Origin: a bacterium
GTDB lineage: Bacteria; RBG-13-61-14; DATKZS01
NCBI GenBank assembly: GCA_963674965.2
Contig: CAXXFL010000001.1
Span: 224,001 to 288,000 of the forward strand
DNA: 64,000 nt
Reading direction: 5' to 3'
Within the stretch, counting starts at the first letter, position 1; each line of letters begins with the position of its first letter. Below, piece by piece: positions 47,575 through 57,530 of the stretch. The position numbers and the translations under genes were made by a program. Under the pieces are notes generated by a model. It was not told where the DNA came from. It was given only the letters and a program-made list of their open reading frames with translations, and did no database searches.

Positions 47575-48471
47575 TCAGGCCTTGATTATCTGGACCTTGT
47601 CCAGGTCCATGGTCCCCAGTCCGCTTTGGGCGGCGATCTTGATGTAGCCCACCTCGGCGGGATCGATACCGAAGAGGTTTTTCGCCGCGTAGGCGTCCAC
47701 CGCCACCTGGTCCGCGGAGGCGATGACGGTGTTTTTTATCTCCACGTCCTTTAAGTCTCCGCCGGAGGGACCGTCGCGCAGAAGAATCCTGGTGGCGTCC
47801 ATTACGGTCAGCTTGGGCCTGGCCATGGTGTTGAGGTCCACGATGCCCTGGTCCAGGTTCCAGTGTATCTTGCCCCGGTTGCCGCCGATAACCCCGAGCA
47901 CGTTCTTCAGTCCCAGCGACAGTTTGGCCGACTTATGATGCTTGGCCACGGGCATATTGATATACACGTCCGCCTCGAGTACCTCCTTGTAAAACTGCCA
48001 TTTCTTGAAGACCACGCCCCACTCGATGGTCCTGGTCACGAACTTCTTGTCGTCGGCCACCTCGACGTAGGCCCGCTTGTCGCCGAGGGACTGGACCGCT
48101 GCCTCGATGCCGCTGTTGGTCCAGCATCTCCTCTCCTCCGCCAGGGTCCGGTCGTATACCATGACCTTGGCCGCGCCCGCCTCGAGGCATTGCCTGACCA
48201 CTGACTTGACCACCTCGGGATGGGTGTTGGCGCCCTGCTCCGGCGACCGGTCGAAGGAGGCGTTGGGCTTTACAAGCACCGTCTGTCCCTCCTTGACAAA
48301 AGCCCCCATACCGCCCAGCTTGGCCATGGCCCGGTCGGCCAGGGTCGTCCAGTCCTCGCCTTCGGCCACCGCCATCACCGGCTGGGCCTGGGCCTTTCCT
48401 CTAAGAGGGACCGCAGCAGCGGCCACGCCCGAGATGGCGGCCGCGTCCCGAATAAACCTTCGCCTGTCCAT
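47575..48471 (-). CDS. Tat-exported DUF362 protein
   Basis: MDRRRFI, VLVKPN, NTHPEVV, INMPVAKHH, LKNVLG, DQVAVD. Confidence 0.9.
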   Translation of the reverse strand: MDRRRFIRDAAAISGVAAAAVPLRGKAQAQPVMAVAEGEDWTTLADRAMAKLGGMGAFVKEGQTVLVKPNASFDRSPEQGANTHPEVVKSVVRQCLEAGAAKVMVYDRTLAEERRCWTNSGIEAAVQSLGDKRAYVEVADDKKFVTRTIEWGVVFKKWQFYKEVLEADVYINMPVAKHHKSAKLSLGLKNVLGVIGGNRGKIHWNLDQGIVDLNTMARPKLTVMDATRILLRDGPSGGDLKDVEIKNTVIASADQVAVDAYAAKNLFGIDPAEVGYIKIAAQSGLGTMDLDKVQIIKA

Positions 48472-48590
48472 GTTGCGTACCTCCTTGTCGCGATAAGAAC
48501 GATTATAGCCGATGACGCCGGGAGTTCCCGCCGGCAAAATCCTTGGAGGTCGAAAAGGGGCTTACCCGGGTCCTCGGGAAAATCCGTCCG

Positions 48591-50018
48591 CTAGAGCGCA
48601 CACCCTCCCAGCCAGCCGGCCGGGTCGCGGGGGGTCTGGTGGTGGCGGACCTCGAAATAAAGCGACGCGCCGGAAATCGAGCCCGTGTCGCCCACCGTGC
48701 CGATCACGTCGCCCTTGTTTACCCTCGAGCCCACGCCGGCGGCAATGGTATTGAGATGGGCGTAGACCGTGTACCAGCCCTCCCCGTGGTCGATGATTAT
48801 AAGGTTGCCGTAGCCCCGGAACCACTTGGCGTAGCGCACGATGCCCGGGTGAACGGCCTTGACCGGGGCCCCGAGGGGGGCGCCGATCTCGACGCCGTTT
48901 TGCATGGTGACGGTGTTGAACTCGGGATGGACCTTTTTACCGAACCTCGAGGTGACCGGGCCCGAGGCCGGATAACACAAGGAACCGCGCATGGAGCCCA
49001 GGCCGCTGCCCACGAAAGGCTCGAGGCTCACGCTCTCGCTCAGGTCCCGCGAGGTCTCGACGCTCTCCGACGGTGAAGACTCGGCCGGCTCGTCTTCCTC
49101 CCCGGCGCCCTCGGCCGCGTCCCCGACGGGGGCCTCGGCGGCCTCGAGCCGGGCCCTTTCCGCGGCCGCCCGCCTCTCGGCCTCCTCCCGAGCCGCGCGG
49201 TCCAGTTCAGCGATAATCCCGCTCAGCCTCGACTCGCTCGCCTTCATCTCGGCCAGGGCCTGCTCGTGGGCCTCCCGCTCCTCCCGTATGGCCCGGAGCA
49301 TGCGGTCGAGCTCGACCTTCTCGGACTCCATTTCCTCGCGCTGCATGGCCAGGACCGACTCAAGTTCATCGAGGTCTTTTTGCTTGGCCGCCAGGTTGTC
49401 CCGCGCTCCCCTCCACTCGGCCAGAAGAAGGCGGTAGTCGTCGATCTTCTTTTTATCGGACCTGTAAAGAGAGTCGATATAAGCCCTGCGGCGGGAAAGC
49501 TCGGACATGCCCCCCGCCTCGATCCACAGCCTCCACTCGCCCTTCCTCCCGAAAATATAGCGGGCCTTGAGCCGCCGGGACATGACCCGCCTCTTCTCGA
49601 GCAGGGAAAGCTCGAGGTCGTCCATGGCCGCCTTCAGTTCCTCCGACTCCCGGGAAATCACCTCGCTCTCCGCCTCGAGCTTTTTCGTCCGGGCCTCGGA
49701 CCGCTTGATCTGGTCCTTTAAAGCCGCCAACTTGCCGAAGAGGTTGCCCTCCTTCTTCAGCGCGCGGGAGAGGGAGCGCTTTTCCTCCTTCATCTTCTCG
49801 CGAAGGTCCTTAAGGTTTTGGTCCGCCTCCTCCCTCTCCGACGAGGAGCTAAAAGACGTTCCCTCCTCCAGGACCTCCGAGGCCGACGCGACCGCCGATC
49901 CAATTAAACGAACCGGAGAGGCGCTGGTGGAAAAGGACGCGGCGAACAAGGCGGCGCCGAGCAGCAAGGCCCGCCCTCTTTGGGCCGTCCGGCTTTCCCG
50001 GTCTCTTGCGCGAGTCAC
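48591..50018 (-). CDS. envC: EnvC-like murein hydrolase activator (coiled coil plus M23 domain)
   Basis: Long coiled coil, degenerate M23 (NGVEI), GYGNLIIIDHG, LYFEVR; downstream of ftsEX. Confidence 0.88.
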   Translation of the reverse strand: MTRARDRESRTAQRGRALLLGAALFAASFSTSASPVRLIGSAVASASEVLEEGTSFSSSSEREEADQNLKDLREKMKEEKRSLSRALKKEGNLFGKLAALKDQIKRSEARTKKLEAESEVISRESEELKAAMDDLELSLLEKRRVMSRRLKARYIFGRKGEWRLWIEAGGMSELSRRRAYIDSLYRSDKKKIDDYRLLLAEWRGARDNLAAKQKDLDELESVLAMQREEMESEKVELDRMLRAIREEREAHEQALAEMKASESRLSGIIAELDRAAREEAERRAAAERARLEAAEAPVGDAAEGAGEEDEPAESSPSESVETSRDLSESVSLEPFVGSGLGSMRGSLCYPASGPVTSRFGKKVHPEFNTVTMQNGVEIGAPLGAPVKAVHPGIVRYAKWFRGYGNLIIIDHGEGWYTVYAHLNTIAAGVGSRVNKGDVIGTVGDTGSISGASLYFEVRHHQTPRDPAGWLGGCAL

Positions 50019-50022
50019 GGCG

Positions 50023-50913
50023 TCATTCCTCCGCGAAGTCCTTGAAGCGCGTGAGGCTTCCCGCGGCCCCGAGGATAGACCCGCCCGCCACGATGGCGGC
50101 CATGGCCGAGCCGTCCAGGAAACGGGGCGTGAAGGTGGCCAACAGGCCGGGCAAGGCTATCTCGCTCAACGCGGCGGCGTAAAGGGCCCAAAGGGCCGCC
50201 ACGCCGAGGGACGATGCCGCCGCCCCCTGCAGGGTCCCCTCCAGTAAAAAGGGCGCCCGGATCATGGCGTCCGAGGCCCCCACCAGCTTCATGATGCCGA
50301 TCTCCTCCTTGCGGGAGTACATGGTCAGGCGGACCGTATTCGAGATGATGAACACCACGGCCACCACGATCAGGCCGCCCACCATGAGCACGGCGCCCTG
50401 TATGAGACGGACGGCGGAGGAAAAGCTCTCGAGCAGGGGCGCGCCGTAGTCAACCTCGGCCACGCCCTCCCAGCGGCCCAGGCGGCCGGCCAGGCCCTCG
50501 ACCTCATCGAGGGAGCGGAACTCCCTTTTGAGCTTGATCACGAAGCTCGAGGGCAGAGGGTTCTCGTCAAGGCCCTCGATCAGGTCCGACTCGTCGCCCA
50601 GCATGGCCTTGAAATCCTCGAGCGCCCGGTCCTTGCCTATGTACTCGACGCTATCGATCTCGGGAAGAGCGCGAAGGCGGGCGTGCATCTTCTGGGCCTC
50701 GGGCTCAGACGTGCCATCGGCGAGATACAGACAGACCTCGATCTTTTCCTCCCAGTGCGAGGCCAGGGCCCGAAGGTTGGTGGCGATCAGGACGAACACC
50801 CCCAGGGTAAGGAAGGCCGCCGCGATGATGGCCAGGGCCACGAGATGGACGGGGGCGTTCCCGCGAAGGTCCGACGCCGCCAGCTTGAGAAGGAACTTGA
50901 CTTTGCGAATCAC
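50023..50913 (-). CDS. ftsX: Cell division permease FtsX
   Basis: ENPLP, ISNTVRL...SR.EEI.IMKLVGA...IRAPFLLEG. Confidence 0.95.
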   Translation of the reverse strand: MIRKVKFLLKLAASDLRGNAPVHLVALAIIAAAFLTLGVFVLIATNLRALASHWEEKIEVCLYLADGTSEPEAQKMHARLRALPEIDSVEYIGKDRALEDFKAMLGDESDLIEGLDENPLPSSFVIKLKREFRSLDEVEGLAGRLGRWEGVAEVDYGAPLLESFSSAVRLIQGAVLMVGGLIVVAVVFIISNTVRLTMYSRKEEIGIMKLVGASDAMIRAPFLLEGTLQGAAASSLGVAALWALYAAALSEIALPGLLATFTPRFLDGSAMAAIVAGGSILGAAGSLTRFKDFAEE

Positions 50914-51632
50914 GCCACTCCTCCTATCCCCGCCCGGGCCAGCCTGCCCGCCCGGATAAGGGAGGACTCGTCGGACCCGTCCGAGATCATCCGGCCCTTC
51001 TCGAGGATGATCACCCGCTTGCTCATGCTGGTTAAAAGGCCCTTGTCGTGGGTGGCGATGAGCATGGTGGCGCCCTTCAGGTTGATCTCGGTGAAAAGCC
51101 GCATGATGTCGCGGGTGATGTCCGAGTCCAGGTTGCCCGTGGGCTCGTCGGCCAAAAGGATTTTCGGGTCGGTGATAAGCGCGCGGGCGATGGCCACCCG
51201 CTGCTGCTCGCCGCCCGAGAGCTTGAGCGGATACGAGTCCAGCTTGTGGTGGAGCCGGACCATCTTCAGGGCGTGCCAGACCTTCTTTTTCAGCTCGTTC
51301 CTGGGAACGCCCATTATCTCGAGCACGAAGGCCACGTTCTGGAAGACGGTCCAGTGATGTATCAGCTTGAAGTCCTGGAACACCACGCCGATGTTGCGCC
51401 GGAGAAGGGGAATCTCGTTTTTACTCAGCCGCGTGATGTTCCTGCCGTTTATGAGGATGGAGCCCGAGGTCGGCTTCTCGGCGGCGAAAAGGAGTTTTAA
51501 AAGGGTGGTCTTGCCCGCGCCCGAGGCGCCGGTAAGGAAGACGAACTCCCCCTTTCCGATCTTCAGGCTCACGTCCGTGAGGGCCTGGGACTCGCGGGAG
51601 TATTTCTTGCCCACGTGAAAAAGCTCGATCAT
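50910..51632 (-). CDS. ftsE: Cell division ATP-binding protein FtsE
   Basis: GASGAGKT, LRRNIGVVFQDFKL, LSGGEQQR, ADEPTGNLD; start reset to 51632. Confidence 0.96.
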   Translation of the reverse strand: MIELFHVGKKYSRESQALTDVSLKIGKGEFVFLTGASGAGKTTLLKLLFAAEKPTSGSILINGRNITRLSKNEIPLLRRNIGVVFQDFKLIHHWTVFQNVAFVLEIMGVPRNELKKKVWHALKMVRLHHKLDSYPLKLSGGEQQRVAIARALITDPKILLADEPTGNLDSDITRDIMRLFTEINLKGATMLIATHDKGLLTSMSKRVIILEKGRMISDGSDESSLIRAGRLARAGIGGVA

Positions 51633-51709
51633 GTCCGCGTCTCGCTTCCGCATGGCCCGATGGGGCCGCCGCATTCAACTTGGTTTCGGTTCAGCTTACG
51701 TTACAACTT

Positions 51710-52240
51710 CTAATCCTCGTCTATCTGTTTGGAGAGGAAACTCAGGATGACCTCGTCCAGACTCTTGTCGGAAATAAGGTCCGCCCCGAAGATGTCCTCG
51801 TCCTTCAAGTCCTCGTCCTCCCGCAGGTTGATGGTCTTCTCGGCCGCCTTCTCCTGGATAACCTCGTCGTCCGGGGCCATGGGCGCCGGAGGTGGAGGCG
51901 GGGGAGGAGGGGCCGCCTTGGCCGGGGCCGCCGGCTTGCCCGCCGCCGCCGGGGCCGGACAGGTCGCGTCAGCCTGGCCCGGCGCCAGGTAGCGGTCGTA
52001 AAGCCCGTTCTTAAGGTCCCGGAGCATGGACTTGTGCTGGTCCTGCATCAGCTCCCGAACCGTGTCGTCGACCTTCGCGTGATTGAGTATATCGTCGTAT
52101 GCCTTTTTCTTGCGGCCGATAATATTCCCCTTCACGAAAAGGAGAGTAATTATATGAGGATGACCCTTCCCGCTGTCCTCGGTCTGGATATGGAAAATCT
52201 GGCCCTTGTAGCATACGTTATGGTTGTATCCAGGAAGCAT
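51710..52240 (-). CDS. romY: RomY-like polarity protein (MglB GAP co-factor)
   Basis: GYNHNV.YKG..FHIQTEDSG...PHIITLLF..GNI, Pro/Ala linker, FG.DLISDKSLDEVILSFL; lies upstream of ftsE. Confidence 0.7.
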   Translation of the reverse strand: MLPGYNHNVCYKGQIFHIQTEDSGKGHPHIITLLFVKGNIIGRKKKAYDDILNHAKVDDTVRELMQDQHKSMLRDLKNGLYDRYLAPGQADATCPAPAAAGKPAAPAKAAPPPPPPPPAPMAPDDEVIQEKAAEKTINLREDEDLKDEDIFGADLISDKSLDEVILSFLSKQIDED

Positions 52241-52417
52241 TAATCTCACCTTCCAGCGCGCCCGAAATTATTGTTCCGACTCCTTAATCATTCTAATCCA
52301 CGAGCAAATGCATGTCAAAACAATTCCTCTTTTTTCTTGCGGCGTTAATTCAAAAATGCTAGGCTGAAGGGTAAGTACAAACAAATAGTAAAGTCCTGGC
52401 TAAGGAGGACGCGATAT

Positions 52418-52663
52418 AAGACCAAAAGCCGGAAAATCAATTTAGTTGCACTTCTACTTTGTCTTGTCATCACCCTTTCCTGCGGCTGCCCCGGCGGAGG
52501 CGGAGACACCGACCACGGTGACGGCGGCGGGACAATGATCGACAACGGCGACGACGGCGTTAAAGAACAAAACGACTGCAACGATAACGACCCCTCCATC
52601 TACACCGCCGGGCCCGAAGCCTGTGACGGCAAGGACAACCAGTGCTCGGGGGACGCGGGGTAG
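52418..52663 (+). pseudogene. Remnant lipoprotein with a MopE-type putative metal-binding motif
   Basis: KTKSRKINLVALLLCLVITLSCGC...DCNDNDPSIY.AGPEACDGKDNQC*; RBS AAGGAGG at 52402 but no start codon. Confidence 0.7.
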
Positions 52664-53178
52664 GCGATGCATTCCTGATACCGGCCCCAGGGCGCGAACA
52701 AATATTTTACATGGGAAAGCCCTAAAGGAATGCTGGTTAATAAGGCTATGCTCAGGATGGCCGCCGCATAACCGACTATCCGACCTTTGGAGGCTTCCAT
52801 CGGGTTTTTTGCCTCATCTCGAGTCCCGTTTTCTTTATCCATGGTTTACGGCCTTTTGGTTACGGTCCCTGGCCCTCGCGGCTTCATCTATACCTCCGCG
52901 TCCGGGCGAATACTCGATTTCCACTACGGCGTTAATCATTATGAATATAACGCGCGTGAGAGCGGCCGGCAATAAAACGGCGCGCCTTGGCCGCCCAGGG
53001 GGTAAGATTGAAAAGCGCGGTTATGCCGGCGGGACGAGCGCCATGGATCGCGTCTCCGAGGCGGTGAGGCTGGTATGCGGCCAACACTCAGCCCCCGGCC
53101 CTTGAGTAAGGGTCCTTGCGCTCCCGGCCAAAAATCAATCTGCTTTTCCCTTTGGCCTTCCTTTGCTAGTATTTATCC

Positions 53179-56100
53179 ATGAACTTTTCCAGAAAAATCT
53201 TAAGCCTCGAGGAGTTGAAGCGGCTAATGCCCCGTCCGCCCCGGGAATACGGTCCGACCCCGTTCTGGGCGCTTAACGACGACCTGCGCCCTGACCGCTT
53301 GAGGCGGGCGCTCAAGCTTTTCGCGGAAAGAGGGTTCGCGGGCGTCTTCATGCACGCGAGGACCGGCCTCGAGATCGAGTACCTCTCGGAGGATTGGTGG
53401 GACCGCGTATCCCTGATCGTCGAGGAGTGCGCCTCCCTGGGCCTTAAAGCCTGGATTTACGACGAGTACAACTGGCCCTCGGGCCTGGCCGGCGGCAAGA
53501 CCATCGCCGGGCGGGACGACCTGGTCATGCCTTGCCTCGACCACGTCCGACTGAAAAAAGGCTCCGGCCAAGGCGCCGCCCATACCGGACGGGCCGTGGC
53601 CGCCTTCTCGATGGGGCACAAGGTGGCCGACCTTTCCGACCGGATCGAGGACGGGAAATTCCAAGTCCCGGACGGGACCGGCGAGGACGTCCTTCTCTTC
53701 TTCGAGGACAAGGTAACGGACGAGACCTTCGCCACCAACAACGCGCCCTGGGTCTCGGGCGTCCAGGGCTACGTGGACCTTATGAACCCCGAGGCCACCG
53801 GCCGCTTCATGGAGCTGACTCACCTCGAGTACGAGAGGCGGCTGGGCAAGTACTTCGGCGATGTCATCCCCGGCGTTTTCACGGACGAGCCGCAGTTTTA
53901 CCGGGCCATTCCCTGGACGGCTCGATTCGCCGAGAGGTTCAAGGCCGAGAAGGGCTACGACCCGATGTCCCGCCTTTACATGCTTATCGAGGACCGGGCC
54001 GAGTACAGGAGGTTCCGCCAGGACTACTACGGCCTGGCCGAGTCGCTTTGCGTTGAAAGCTATTACCTTCCTCTTCGCCAGTGGTGCGACGATCGCGGGC
54101 TTATCTTGACCGGCCACCTGGGCAAGGAGGAGGACCTCGGGCGCCTGCCGACGAACCACGGCGGCCTGTACGGTCCTCTTTCCAGCCTGACCATGCCGGG
54201 CATCGACGCGCTCGGGAGCGGCAATCCCATCGCGGGCGGTCTGATCAACATGGAGTCGCCCAACTTCGCGCCTCGAGCCGCGGCCTCGATTTCCAGGCTC
54301 CGCGGCGACGGGTCCGTGCTTTGCGAGGCCGGGGGCGGAAGCGGATGGGAGGCCACCCCCTCGGACCTGAAAAAACAACTGGACTGGCTGTTCGCCTCGG
54401 GCGTGAATTTCATCAATCCTCACCAGAGCCTATTATCGGCCAAGGGCCTCCGCAAGAGGGACTTCCCGCCCAGCCATTCCGAACAGGAGCCCTGGTTCGA
54501 GTTTTACTCGGCCCACTCCGAGTATGTGGCCCGCTCGTCCATGGCCGTAAGAGCGGGCGAGCCCGTTCGCGACGTTGCCCTTTTCTTTCCCACCTCGGCC
54601 ATTCGGGCGTCCCACCGGGCCGGGAGCGCCAACCCGGGCGAGGAGTCGGTAAGGACCATTGTGGCCTTTACCGCCGTGCTGGACTTCCTGGTCCACCACC
54701 AGCGGAGCCCGGAGATTATTTTCGAGGACTCCATAGTGGACGGCAAGGTAACGGCCGGCAACGGAAAACTCGCGGCGGGTGGAGGCGAGTTCGAGTTCAT
54801 GGTCCTGACCTCGGCCTCGGTGATAAGGTCGGAAGCCGCGGCTCTTCTTACCGACTTTTTGACCTCGGGCGGCAAAATGCTTGTTTTCGACCGGCTTCCC
54901 CGATCGGACCAGTTTGACGAGAAGATTCCCGACTCCTTCCTCCACGAGGTTAAAAGGGCGGAGGAGCAAAACCGTCTCGTCCAGATATCGAGCCTGATGG
55001 GGTTCAGTAAAACCGGGGTCCTCTCCGCCCTGGAGCGGCTGGCCCCGGCGGAGGTAAAAATCGAGTCCGACTTCGCGGAGCGGATCATCCTCCATCACTC
55101 GAGGCTCGAGGACGGGGACTTGTACTTTTTAGCCAACCTGGACGAGGAAAAGGGCATGGCCAAGATATCCTTTAAGAACGCCCGCGCAGAGCTCGATAAA
55201 TGGAGCCCGGTCACGGGCAAGTCCATGCCCGTTCCCTTCCGGGCGCTCGGGGACGGCTCCGGTGAGGCCGACCTGTCCTTCGGCCCCTTCGAGTCGATGA
55301 TCCTCACTTTCTTGGACGGCAAAGGAAAGGTCCGCGCGGCCATTCGCGAGGCCAACTTCAGGGTCATGGAGATCGGACCGAAAGCGGTAAAGGGCGTGGG
55401 CGCCAGGGGAGAGGCCCGCCTGCAAACGGACTCGGGATTCTCGAGGCTCGAGCTTGAATACCCGCCTCATCCGCTGGCCCTGGGACCGGGATGGGAGGTG
55501 GTCCCCTCCCGCGAGAACCTTTTGCCCCTGGGGCCGTGGAAGGTCACGACCGATGAAACGTCCCCCCTTCCCTTGTCCGGGCTGAAGGATGAAAAATACT
55601 TCGCGGCCAGGACCAGGCTTTTGATCAGGGCGGGACGGCCGGCGCTCGGGCTGGCCAAGTCCATCTCTCCTCCCTCCCGGCGCTACCGGACGGAAAAGTA
55701 CTTCGACTTCGCCGACGTGGAGAAAATGCGCGTTCCCATCTCGAGGATCACGGGCATAGACCTCGAGAGGTTGGGTCTTTACGAGGGGGTGGGGGCGATT
55801 AACCGCCTGGCCGACTACCTGGGCGTCAACCACATGATGAAAAGCTTCCCGTCTCCGGGCGCGAGCTACAGGGCCGAGACCGTTTTCCGGGCCAACTATA
55901 TTCCCTCGGACCTGGCCCTGGTTTTCGAGGACCTTGGCGAGCCGATTCGAGTTCGACTCAACGGCCGCGACCTCTCCGAGGCGGCGCCCGACGTCCGCGG
56001 CTGGGACCCCTGTTGCCGGGCCTATAAAATAGCGAGACTCGCCAAAAAGGGAAAGAACCGCGTGTCCATTATATCGAGGCAGCCGGCTTTTAACGCCATG

Positions 56101-56559
56101 AGTCCCAGCACGCACTCGATCGAGCCGGCCGCCCTGGCGGGTTCATTCCAGCTTGACGAGAAACAAAAACTGATCGAGCCTCGAAACGGCTCCAGACAGC
56201 GGGGGGACTGGACCGACCTGGGTTACCCCTTTTACTCCGGCCTGATGACGTATAAAAGGACCTTCCATCTTCCCGAGGAGTTTATGCAATATTTCCTGGC
56301 CCTCGAGTTGGACGAGGTCCGAGAGTGCGCGAGGGTCCGGCTCAACGGACAAGACGCCGGCGTCCGCCTTTATTACCCCTTTGCCTTCGACGTCTCGGGC
56401 CTGGCGCGGCCGGGCGAGAACGAGCTCGAGGTCGAGGTCGCGAACACGGCGGCCAACTTTTTCGCCGAGCCCATGCCCTCGGGCATACTCGGCCCGGTCC
56501 GGATCGTTCCCTACGCCCTATTCGAGATGGACCTGCCCGGCAAGAAGGACCGGGGCTGA
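53179..56559 (+). CDS. GH106 (alpha-L-rhamnosidase-like) glycoside hydrolase
   Basis: PFWALN, HARTGL..EYLSEDW, WIYDEYNWPSG.AGG, FTDEP, PGID, KRDFPP, C-terminal GDW...G.PFYSG domain. Confidence 0.85.
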   Translation: MNFSRKILSLEELKRLMPRPPREYGPTPFWALNDDLRPDRLRRALKLFAERGFAGVFMHARTGLEIEYLSEDWWDRVSLIVEECASLGLKAWIYDEYNWPSGLAGGKTIAGRDDLVMPCLDHVRLKKGSGQGAAHTGRAVAAFSMGHKVADLSDRIEDGKFQVPDGTGEDVLLFFEDKVTDETFATNNAPWVSGVQGYVDLMNPEATGRFMELTHLEYERRLGKYFGDVIPGVFTDEPQFYRAIPWTARFAERFKAEKGYDPMSRLYMLIEDRAEYRRFRQDYYGLAESLCVESYYLPLRQWCDDRGLILTGHLGKEEDLGRLPTNHGGLYGPLSSLTMPGIDALGSGNPIAGGLINMESPNFAPRAAASISRLRGDGSVLCEAGGGSGWEATPSDLKKQLDWLFASGVNFINPHQSLLSAKGLRKRDFPPSHSEQEPWFEFYSAHSEYVARSSMAVRAGEPVRDVALFFPTSAIRASHRAGSANPGEESVRTIVAFTAVLDFLVHHQRSPEIIFEDSIVDGKVTAGNGKLAAGGGEFEFMVLTSASVIRSEAAALLTDFLTSGGKMLVFDRLPRSDQFDEKIPDSFLHEVKRAEEQNRLVQISSLMGFSKTGVLSALERLAPAEVKIESDFAERIILHHSRLEDGDLYFLANLDEEKGMAKISFKNARAELDKWSPVTGKSMPVPFRALGDGSGEADLSFGPFESMILTFLDGKGKVRAAIREANFRVMEIGPKAVKGVGARGEARLQTDSGFSRLELEYPPHPLALGPGWEVVPSRENLLPLGPWKVTTDETSPLPLSGLKDEKYFAARTRLLIRAGRPALGLAKSISPPSRRYRTEKYFDFADVEKMRVPISRITGIDLERLGLYEGVGAINRLADYLGVNHMMKSFPSPGASYRAETVFRANYIPSDLALVFEDLGEPIRVRLNGRDLSEAAPDVRGWDPCCRAYKIARLAKKGKNRVSIISRQPAFNAMSPSTHSIEPAALAGSFQLDEKQKLIEPRNGSRQRGDWTDLGYPFYSGLMTYKRTFHLPEEFMQYFLALELDEVRECARVRLNGQDAGVRLYYPFAFDVSGLARPGENELEVEVANTAANFFAEPMPSGILGPVRIVPYALFEMDLPGKKDRG

Positions 56560-57530
56560 TGGAAAAGGGGAAGATCGTGGTATGCGCCGGCGAGTCGCTG
56601 GTGGACGTGGTGGCCCGGGAAATTGGCGTGGGCCTTTCGAGGGCCGAGACCTTCGTGAAAAAGCCGGGAGGGGCCGTGGCCAACGCGGCGGTGGGCCTTT
56701 CCCGCCTGGGCGTCAAGACCCGCTTTCTGGGTAAAGTCGGCACGGACCCCTTCGGGACGTTTCTGAAAAGAGACTTCGAGCGTGAGGGTATCGAGGTCGC
56801 CAGGCTGACGGTTTCCAAGGACTACTCGACGGGCATAGTGTTCGTGTCCCTTGACGAGGACCGGGTCCCGAGCTTTTATTTCGCGGGCGACCCTTCCGAG
56901 GACAAGATTTTCACGGAGGAAGAGGTAAGCGCGGCCGATCTGGAAGGGGCCTCTTTTCTGTATCTGGGGACCGTTTCCATGGTTCATCCGGCCTCGCGGG
57001 CGGCCACGTTCAAGCTTATCCGCCTGGCCGCGGAGAGGGACGTAAAAGTATTTCTCGATCCCAACCTCCGCCTTCACCTTTGGAAGGACCATCCTCTTTT
57101 AAAACGGTCCGCCCTCGAGGCCGCGGGCCTTTCGAGCCTGGTCAAGCTCAATGAAATCGAGCTCGAGTTCCTCACCGGCAAGAAGGAAGTGGAGGCCGGG
57201 GCCAGAGCGCTCCTGGAACAAGGGCCCCAGGTGGTGGTCGTAACCATGGGGCCGAAAGGCGCTTTCTTCATAGGGCCCGGCGGGACCGGGTACTCTCCCG
57301 GCTTTGAAGTGAACGCGGTGGACACGACGGGCGCGGGCGACGGCTTCGCGGCCGGCCTCCTGTCCGAGTTGAATCTCATCGACTGGCCGCCAAGCGGGAA
57401 GGACCTCGAGCGGGCGGCTCGGTCGGCCAACGCGGTGGGCGCCATGGTGACCATGGAGGTCGGCGCCAGGACGGCCCTCCCCACCCGGGAGGAGGTCGAT
57501 GCTTTTTTAAAGGAAAGGGGCGTTTCCTGA
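56559..57530 (+). CDS. PfkB-family carbohydrate kinase (fructokinase-like)
   Basis: GESLVD, PGGAVANAA, GKVG.DPFG, DPNLR, VDTTGAGDGF; TGATG overlap with the previous gene. Confidence 0.94.
   Translation: MEKGKIVVCAGESLVDVVAREIGVGLSRAETFVKKPGGAVANAAVGLSRLGVKTRFLGKVGTDPFGTFLKRDFEREGIEVARLTVSKDYSTGIVFVSLDEDRVPSFYFAGDPSEDKIFTEEEVSAADLEGASFLYLGTVSMVHPASRAATFKLIRLAAERDVKVFLDPNLRLHLWKDHPLLKRSALEAAGLSSLVKLNEIELEFLTGKKEVEAGARALLEQGPQVVVVTMGPKGAFFIGPGGTGYSPGFEVNAVDTTGAGDGFAAGLLSELNLIDWPPSGKDLERAARSANAVGAMVTMEVGARTALPTREEVDAFLKERGVS

Noticed and set aside
52600-52842. 80 aa minus-strand membrane peptide
   Set aside because: It has one hydrophobic stretch only, overlaps the MopE remnant and matches no recognisable family.
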